Assembly: GCA_964016885.1 (NCBI GenBank) | Contig: OZ024756.1 | Span: 18,972,001-19,036,000 of the forward strand | Length of the DNA stretch: 64,000 bases | Direction of reading: 5' to 3' | From: Eledone cirrhosa | Taxonomy: Eukaryota | Part shown: one piece after another, positions 56,607 through 64,000 of the stretch | Position numbering within the stretch: position 1 is the first letter of the stretch | How the letters are laid out: each line of letters opens with the position of its first letter | The notes under the pieces: model-generated | Databases searched by the model: none | What the model was told of the DNA's origin: nothing | What the model saw: the letters and a program-made list of their open reading frames with translations, nothing else | Program-made: the position numbers and the translations under genes

Positions 56607-56999
56607 AGAAATAAATGTGTACAATCCTACTATACAGTTATTATAGTATAGTATAATTACACAGCCATATAGATCAGTACAGATATATAACATATGTCCT
56701 ATAGTAGAGGTGTAATGGAAGGCGATAGACAAGATCTCAGACATCATTCACTTAACAAGTGGGGATGGACCTCATCAAATTGGATCAAAGAAACAATATT
56801 TCCATTGGTTTTTCAATTGCTGATACTATCTACAGGTTGTACCTCCTGGCAGAATGCGCAACATAAAATAAAGTGTCTTGCTCAAGGACATTACACATCG
56901 CCCAGTCTGGGCATCGAACTCACAACCTCATAATTGTGAACCCAATGCTCTAACCACTAAACCACACTCCATCACATATGTCATATAGTAGAAGTATAA

Positions 57000-57970
57000 T
57001 GTTATACAGTAGAGTGTAGATATACACTGTATGGTACATTTGTAGTAGAGTGTTACAGCACAGATGTACAGTAGTGTTGTATATAGTATATTTATAGTAC
57101 AGTATTACTATATAGTACATTTGTAGTGCAATAGTATTGGAGTACAGTTAGAGTACAGCAGTGTTGTATAGTATATTTATAGTACAGTATTTCTATATAG
57201 TACATTTGTAGTATAGTAGTATTATAGTACAGAAGTGTTGCATCATATATTTATAGTACAACAATACAATATAGTACATTTGTAGTACATTATAGTATAT
57301 TTGTAGTACATTTATTGTATTGCAGTATATAGTACTACAGTATTTAGTACAGTAATATTGTATAGAACATTTATAGTATAACAGTAGTGTATAGTACATT
57401 CATAGTATAGCAGTAGTGTATAGTACATTTATAGTACAGTAATAGTGTATAGTACATTTATAGTACAGCAGTAGTGTATAGTACATTTATAGTATAGCAG
57501 TAGTGTATAGTACATTGATAGTACAGCAGTAGTGTAGAGAATATTTATAGTACAGCCATAGTGTATAGTACATTTATAGTATAGCAGTAGTGTATAGTAC
57601 ATTTATAGTATAGCAGTAGTGTATAGTACATTGATAGAATAGTAGTAGTGTGAAGTACATTTACAGAACAGCAACAGTGTATAGTACATTTATAGTACAG
57701 CAGTAGTGTATAGTACATTGATAGAACAGTAGTAGTGTATAGTACATTTATAGTACAGCAGTAGTGTATAGTACATTGATAGAACAGTAGTAGTGTGAAG
57801 TACATTTAGAGTATAGCAGTAGTGTATAGTACATTTATAGTACAGCAGTATTGTATAGTACAGTTGTAGTATAGCAATACTATATAGTGCATTTATAGTA
57901 TAGCAGTATTATATAGTATATTTATAGTACAGCAATAGTGTATAGTACAGTTATAGTACAGTACAGATGT
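57000..57970. repeat. ~30-bp degenerate minisatellite
   Basis: Unit GTATAGTACATTTATAGTACAGCAGTAGT. Confidence 0.9.
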
Positions 57971-60315
57971 ACTACGAGATGTGTGAAGAGCTCAGCCCAG
58001 AATACTATACAGGTATAGAGGTAAAATGCAGGATTTGATGGATGGTAGTAGTTCTCAGTTTACAAAGGACTAGCTTCTTCATTATAGTTATATAGAGAGA
58101 TAAAGTAAATGAGGGAGAGAGAGAGTTTCAATGAGAATGAGAAAGAGAGCCTAAGTGAGAAATACCCCAATGATGCATTCACGTAAGTTATCTCTGAAAG
58201 AAAATAATAGCTCAAATAAAGGAGGGTAGGATGGAAAAAGATGGAAAAATTTCAATGAGAATGAGAAAGAGGGCCTGAGAAATAACCCTGCTGTATAAAG
58301 AGGCACCTAATTTACAAAATGGTGGAGATATATTACAATAGAAATCAGAATGAGTTCTGCATGGTTTAACACCATACACATACATGATACCATAACTTGT
58401 GAGGGAGTTGCAGGGGCACTGTAGTGGCATATGGTGTTTCTTGGACAGTTAAAACCTTGCAGAGTCAATCCACACTCCAGGTCTGAATACAGCAGATTTC
58501 TTACAGAGAAGGATAGAGTGAGTGGGAGATAGGCAGTGAGAAAAAGATATAGTGGAAGAATCAACCTCAGTATTAGACTGGTACTTTTTTTTATTGACCT
58601 CGAAAGGATGAAAGGCAAAGTTGACCTCAGCGGGATTTGAATTCAGAGAGCAGAGAGTCAAAACGAATACTGCAAAGCATTCTATCCGACGTTCTAACAA
58701 CTCTGCCAATTCACCGTACTACACACATACACATAAAGATCATAAACACATGTCCTAAACATTGAAACTTCTCTTTCACAAAAAGAACCTTACAAGTGAG
58801 AAAATGAGAATTACCAAACCTGAAAAAAGTTTTCACAGGGTTTAGAACAAAAACTCTGAGGTTTGGAAAATAACGTTTTGAAAATTATAATTATTGTTTC
58901 TACTTTTGGCACAAGGCAAGCAATTACCCCAGTGCATTACTTAGATAATTTTGATAGGTTTTGGCCAGTACTGACCCAGGCCATGTCTAACTTAATAGCA
59001 CCACCTGGGTGCTTTATTTTATCGACCTTGTAAGGATGAAAGGCAAAGTTAACCTCAGCAGGATTTGAACTCAGAATGTAAAGAGCCATAACTCTATGCT
59101 GCAAAGCATGGTGTCTGAGATTCTACCGATACTGCCAATCCACTGCCCTGGGGAAATTATAATAATGATTTCTAAAGTAGTATAGTCAATAAGAAGTATT
59201 GTGAGATATGTAATAAATGGCAGTACAATGTGATAGAAATATATAAAGGCCAAAGGATGACAAATAAATAAAAAAATGTGTGATTTGAAATCAGAACATA
59301 AAGGGCCGTAACTCTATGCAACAGAGCATGTTGTCCGGCGCTCTACCGATTACTGCCACTCCACCACCCTTGCAATAGTACAATAATGGTTTCCAATTTA
59401 GGCACAAGGCCAACAATTTTAAGGGGAGAGGAAGTCGATTAAATCAACCCCAGTGCATTACTGGTACTTTATTTTATCGACCCTGTAAGGAGGAAAAGCA
59501 AAGTTAACCTTAGCGGGATTTGAACTCAGAACATAAAGGGTCGTAACTCTATGCAACATAAAGGGTCGTAACTATGCCACAAAGCATGTTGTCCGACGCT
59601 CTACCGGTACTGCCAATCCACTGCCATTGCAATAGTGTAATAATTGTTTCTACTTTTGGCACAAGGCCAGAAATTATCCCAATGTATTACTGGTACTTTA
59701 TTTTATCGACCCCATAAGGATGAAAGGCAAAGTTAACCTCGGCGGGATTTGTAGTGTAATAATAAAATAATTGTTTCTACTTTTGGCACAAGGCCAGAAA
59801 TTATCCCAATGTATTACTGGTACTTTATTTTATCGACAAATAAAGTGTAATAATAAAATAATTGTTTCTACTTTAGGCACAAGGCCAGCAATTACCCAGT
59901 GCATTACTGGTACTTTATTTTATCGACCCCGTAAGGATGAAAGGCAAAGTAAACCTCGGCGGGATTTGAACTCAGACAGTAAAGGGACGTAACTATGCTG
60001 GATGTAATAATAAAATAATATCTAATATTTAAAAAAAAAAAAAACTAAAAGAACTGTGGAGAAGTGTTCAGTCAAATGTATTGACCTCAATATTTTACTG
60101 GTACTTACTTCATCAATCACAGAGGAATTAAAAGTGGAAGGGAGTTTTTCAACATTTCAACAAATACAGAATGATTTAATACAAAGAGAAAGAAATTATG
60201 AAAGAGTTTCCGTTTAAAGTATGTAGACATTCCCTGATGTATTGGATATAGAGAATACCGGGGCTGCTGTTAGAAGGTGACAGCGGCTGTCTTGTATAGA
60301 CAGCTTTCATGGAAC

Positions 60316-61068
60316 TCATGTCTTCTTGCCAGCTGGATGAGATGGCATACCGGGGTATTGTGATGGAGGGGCATTAGGATAATAAGGAGGCTGTGCTTGG
60401 GGTGCACCCATACCGGGGTACTGTGAACGCGGTGCCATGTAGGGGTACTGAGAGGGTGCAGCTTGTGGGGGCATGCCTGGATACTGTGGAGGCATGCCCG
60501 GGTACTGGGGGGGCGGAGCCATGCCCGGGTACTGGGAGGGCGGAGCTTGCGGGGCCATGCTCCGGTACTGGGAGGGCGGAGCTTGCGGGGCTATGCCCTG
60601 GTACTGGGAGGGCGGAGCTTGTGGGGCCATGCCCTGGTACTGGGAAGGCGGAGCTTGTGGGGACATGCCTGGGTACTGGGAAGGCGGAGCTTGTGGGGCC
60701 GTGCCCTGATACTGGGAAGGCGGAGCTTGTGGGGCCGTGCCCTGGTACTGGGAAGGCGGAGCTTGTGGGGCCGTGCCCTGGTACTGAGAAGACGGAGCCA
60801 TGCCTGAATTATGCTGCGGCTGAGCCATATTGGGAGCTGTGTGAGGGTAAGGCTGGCCAGCAGGAAGGGAGCCTGGGGCTGGAGCACTGGGATGGCCCGA
60901 GGGAGCAGGGGCACTAGGTGGTGCCGATGCGGCTGGCTGTGAGGGGTTAACTGTGCGGGCTGGGCGTGTTGATGGGTCTTTTGGTGAAAGGCCTCTCATT
61001 CTGTAATAATTCTCCACTTGACGAGGGACTTCAGCCAAGACATGGCGGGCAAGTTCAATACTGGTTGC
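60316..61068 (-). CDS. Copine family, last coding exon (250 aa): end of the vWA domain plus a Pro/Gln/Tyr/Gly-rich tail
   Basis: Acceptor TTTTTCTCCATTACAG|GCA (phase 0), then ATSIELARHVLAEVPRQVENYYRMRGLSP, which matches the copine C-terminal LA..VLAE(I/V/L)P.Q(V/L)..Y motif. The frame is GC-rich and open to TGA. Earlier exons were not seen in the window. Confidence 0.82.
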   Translation of the reverse strand, partial: ATSIELARHVLAEVPRQVENYYRMRGLSPKDPSTRPARTVNPSQPAASAPPSAPAPSGHPSAPAPGSLPAGQPYPHTAPNMAQPQHNSGMAPSSQYQGTAPQAPPSQYQGTAPQAPPSQYQGTAPQAPPSQYPGMSPQAPPSQYQGMAPQAPPSQYQGIAPQAPPSQYRSMAPQAPPSQYPGMAPPPQYPGMPPQYPGMPPQAAPSQYPYMAPRSQYPGMGAPQAQPPYYPNAPPSQYPGMPSHPAGKKT

Positions 61069-61590
61069 CTGTAATGGAGAAAAAGTAAAATTTAAAAAAA
61101 ATCAAATCAATAAAAAAACAAAAAACAAAACAAAAAACAAAACAAAAATCACATTTTATACACACACAGACACATATAGACACAGAAACACACACACACA
61201 CGCACACAGCGACACACATAGACAGAGACACAGAGAGACACACACAGACATAGAGACACAGACAGACACACACATTTAGACACAGAGACAGACACACACA
61301 GATATAGAGACACAGACAGACACACACAGATATAGACAGAGAGACACACACACAGACAGACACACACAGACACTTAGACACAGAGACACATACACAATTT
61401 TGTCTTGGCACCCTATGAGAGACCAGTATTGAAATTGCTCTTCCACTATACGGTGGTGGCCATGGCTGGACACCAAAACCTAGGGTTAGACATATATGTT
61501 AAGTGTATGAAACATTTTTAATACTAAAGAAACTCTCTTGCTTTAGATTGAGCATTGTTTTCCTTGGCCTTTTAGCGATGGATGTCCTGC

Positions 61591-61687
<97 letters not shown>

Positions 61688-62034
61688 TGAAATTGGAAAT
61701 AACACGAAAAATATATTTAAGGGTCTGTTTTTCTTTTGTTTCCTTTCTTTGATTTGTCAAAGTGACATTGAAAAATGAGAGGGACAATTCTTTTAAAGAA
61801 GAGTTTTATAATGTATATATATATAGTATTAGTTATACTATTTATGGTTATGTAAATACAAAACCTTATGCAGTTATAAGTATTTTTTATATACACACCC
61901 TAAATAGTGGTAGGCAGTAATGTATTACTACCTTATTACCAGTAAGTTAAGTAGCTCAATGTAAAAACATCAGATGATTTACAGAGCAGTTATATGAAAT
62001 ATAAGAATCAAAGAACTGTTCAAAACATTATATT

Positions 62035-62533
62035 TCATATATATATATAAAGTTGTAGTTCCTGTTTGTTTGTTTGTTTGTTCACAAACTACTCCTATGG
62101 TTTTGGAGATAGACCCCCCCCCCCCCATAACCATATATATTCTGAAACTTGGATAAGTATATTTCATTTTAATCAAAGGGTTCCCCGGGGGCACAAACCC
62201 CCACTGAAAACCCCTGGTGAAAATGTTGTCCCTTCGATGTATATGAAATTTAAACCATAGGTAAATGACAAGATATGATGCCTATTCACAAAAGTTTTGA
62301 ATTGATATTTTGAAAAAAATTATTTACAAGAAACAAAATAAGAATAAGATTTAATAATGTAATTTTGATTTGATATATTACAAAAAATAACGTTTTCCAA
62401 TTTTAAATGCATTCCATTTTACATTGAGTAATATTGAAATGCAGAGTTTTTCTCCATAAATTATATCACTGATTTGAAATTTCTTACAAAAAAATGTGTG
62501 AAATGCAGCAAGGCGTGGGTAATTCAGCTAGTA
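62035..62533 (-). mobile_element. Helitron/HINE-like non-autonomous element
   Basis: The minus strand starts TACTAGCTGAATTACCCACGCCTTGCTGC and ends CCAAGTTTCAG...(AAAC)n...CTTATATATA. Confidence 0.5.
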
Positions 62534-63013
62534 AAATATATAAAGTATAATCGGTTTCGATGTATTAGTAAAATTCATCTTATCAAATGTTGAGTATTAC
62601 AATTAAAAAGAATTAATAAGAATTAAAAACTAAAAATTAAAGATTTAAAATTAAGTGTTGAGGCAAGTTTTTTTCATCTTCCTTGTTGGGAAGGAGACTG
62701 GAAAAATGAAATCTTGTATATATAGAGAGAGGTGTAGTTATATATATATATGTATAATACACACATATATATATACATATCAAATATTAAGCAAGCAAAC
62801 CAATCAAAGAGAAGAGATAAGTGATTAGTTAAGAAGATTACAAGCCAGTAGAGAGAGGGTTAGAGTGCTCGATGTGTATAGATTGCAAGACGAGTGAACA
62901 AAGCAAGTAAATCGAAGAAAATATGTCTAGCAAAATTATTATAAGCAGAGCTAAATAGCATGAATTAAATGTCAGAGAAAACAACAATAAACTTTTTAAT
63001 ACATTTATTTACA

Positions 63014-63135
63014 AGCTGACAACTTGTTTCAGACACTAAATCATCAATTTGTACATTGAGGATATAAATACCGATCCAAAAATCGAAACTCGTACAGTGA
63101 AAATAAATCCGTGATTTAGTGCCCTCATCAGAGCC
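63014..63135 (-). ncRNA. Type I hammerhead ribozyme motif in the copine intron, sense to copine
   Basis: GGCT-CTGATGA-GGGCACTAAATCA...TGATTTAGTGTCT-GAAA-CAAGTTG-TC-AGCT. Stem II is 13 bp and the cleavage triplet is GUC. Confidence 0.7.
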
Positions 63136-63524
63136 AAAAGTAAAGATGAAAATATATTAATTCAAAAACAAAAACATATCACCGATGTGAAGATCCTACA
63201 GTACAGGCTTTACTTGGATAGGAATAGTCCACATGTTAAAAACCATTACTATGTCCATGTTCATGTTGGTTGGATTCAAATGTGACTGGACGAGTAATTG
63301 CTAACAGGGTTTTTGATCCCACTTAGATTCCATTAGTTTAATTTATTATCTCCCCCCCCCCCCCCCATATTTTATTTTAAAAAATTTTTTATTATGTGTT
63401 CTCCACCCATGCATCAGACTTTTAACTAATTTCTTCCTCCCCTATCTAATCCAAACCTTACTTATTCCAGATTTTACCTTATCCTCTCCCATCTTAAATT
63501 GAAGGGAAGAGTGACAGTGATATA

Positions 63525-64000
63525 AAACTTTTCCAGTCTCAGGAATGGTCCATAGAAGGGATTGATAGCCTCTGCTATCTAGGTGACTTAGTGGAGAAGG
63601 GCCTCTGAGAGCATAATAGCTAGAATAAGGATAGGATGGAAAAAGTTTAGAGAGCTACACCCACTGTTGACCACAAAAGGTTTCTCCCTATGTACAAAAA
63701 GGAGGTCAGTATGATGCCTGTGTGATGCGTGGTAGTGAAACATGGGCTGAGACTGCAGAAGACATGCGTAGACTGGAGAGAAATGAAGCAGCTATGCTTT
63801 GTTGGATGTGCAATGTAAGTCTGAGAGAAAAGCAGATGAGCTGAGGGAAAAGCTGGGTTTAAGGGAAATCTGAGATGGTCTGCAAGAGAGAAAACTGTGT
63901 TGGTATGAAAATGTGATGTGCATGGATGATGATCACTGGGTAAAGAATTGCCAGGAAATGTCAATGGAAGGAACCTACAGTAGGGGTGGACCAAGAAAGA
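63525..64000 (+). mobile_element. Decayed RTE LINE fragment
   Basis: Encodes [22 protein letters not shown] and [24 protein letters not shown]. Confidence 0.85.

Larger units (their letters stand above)
53645..60000 (-). mobile_element. Region with many co-oriented (-) SINE family 1 copies and fragments
   Basis: CATTACTGGTACTTTATTTTATCGACCCCGTAAGGATGAAAGGCAAAG recurs near 53690, 53890, 56010, 58580, 59010, 59460, 59690, 59815 and 59900. Confidence 0.8.

Noticed and set aside
60393-60917. Plus-strand repetitive ORFs such as PCPGTGRAELVG
   Set aside because: They are antisense shadows of the copine repeat exon.

Overview
AT-rich, repeat-dense animal genomic DNA. The SINE and RTE families and the abundant (TA)n and (CAT)n tracts look like those of octopod cephalopods; this is an inference. 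Most long entries in the ORF track are microsatellite artefacts. There are two real host genes, arranged tail to tail. (1) On the + strand, 23.4-43.6 kb holds six intact paralogous exons of a calponin/transgelin/myophilin-family gene. Each has its own phase-0 splice acceptor and its own stop codon. They carry 4, 3, 6, 5, 5 and 2 calponin (CLIK) repeats, and their lengths differ by exact multiples of 117 nt. No CH-domain exons lie between them, so they look like mutually exclusive alternative last exons that set the number of actin-binding repeats. Five of them share a ~104-nt intronic cassette with a poly(A)-signal hexamer exactly 54 nt before the exon. (2) On the - strand is the last exon of a copine with a long Pro/Gln/Tyr/Gly repeat tail. 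The rest is RTE, R4-like and CRE-like LINE fragments, tRNA-derived SINEs, mariner, piggyBac-like and Helitron-like elements, minisatellites, long hairpins, and at least four type I hammerhead ribozyme motifs of the Penelope-element kind.
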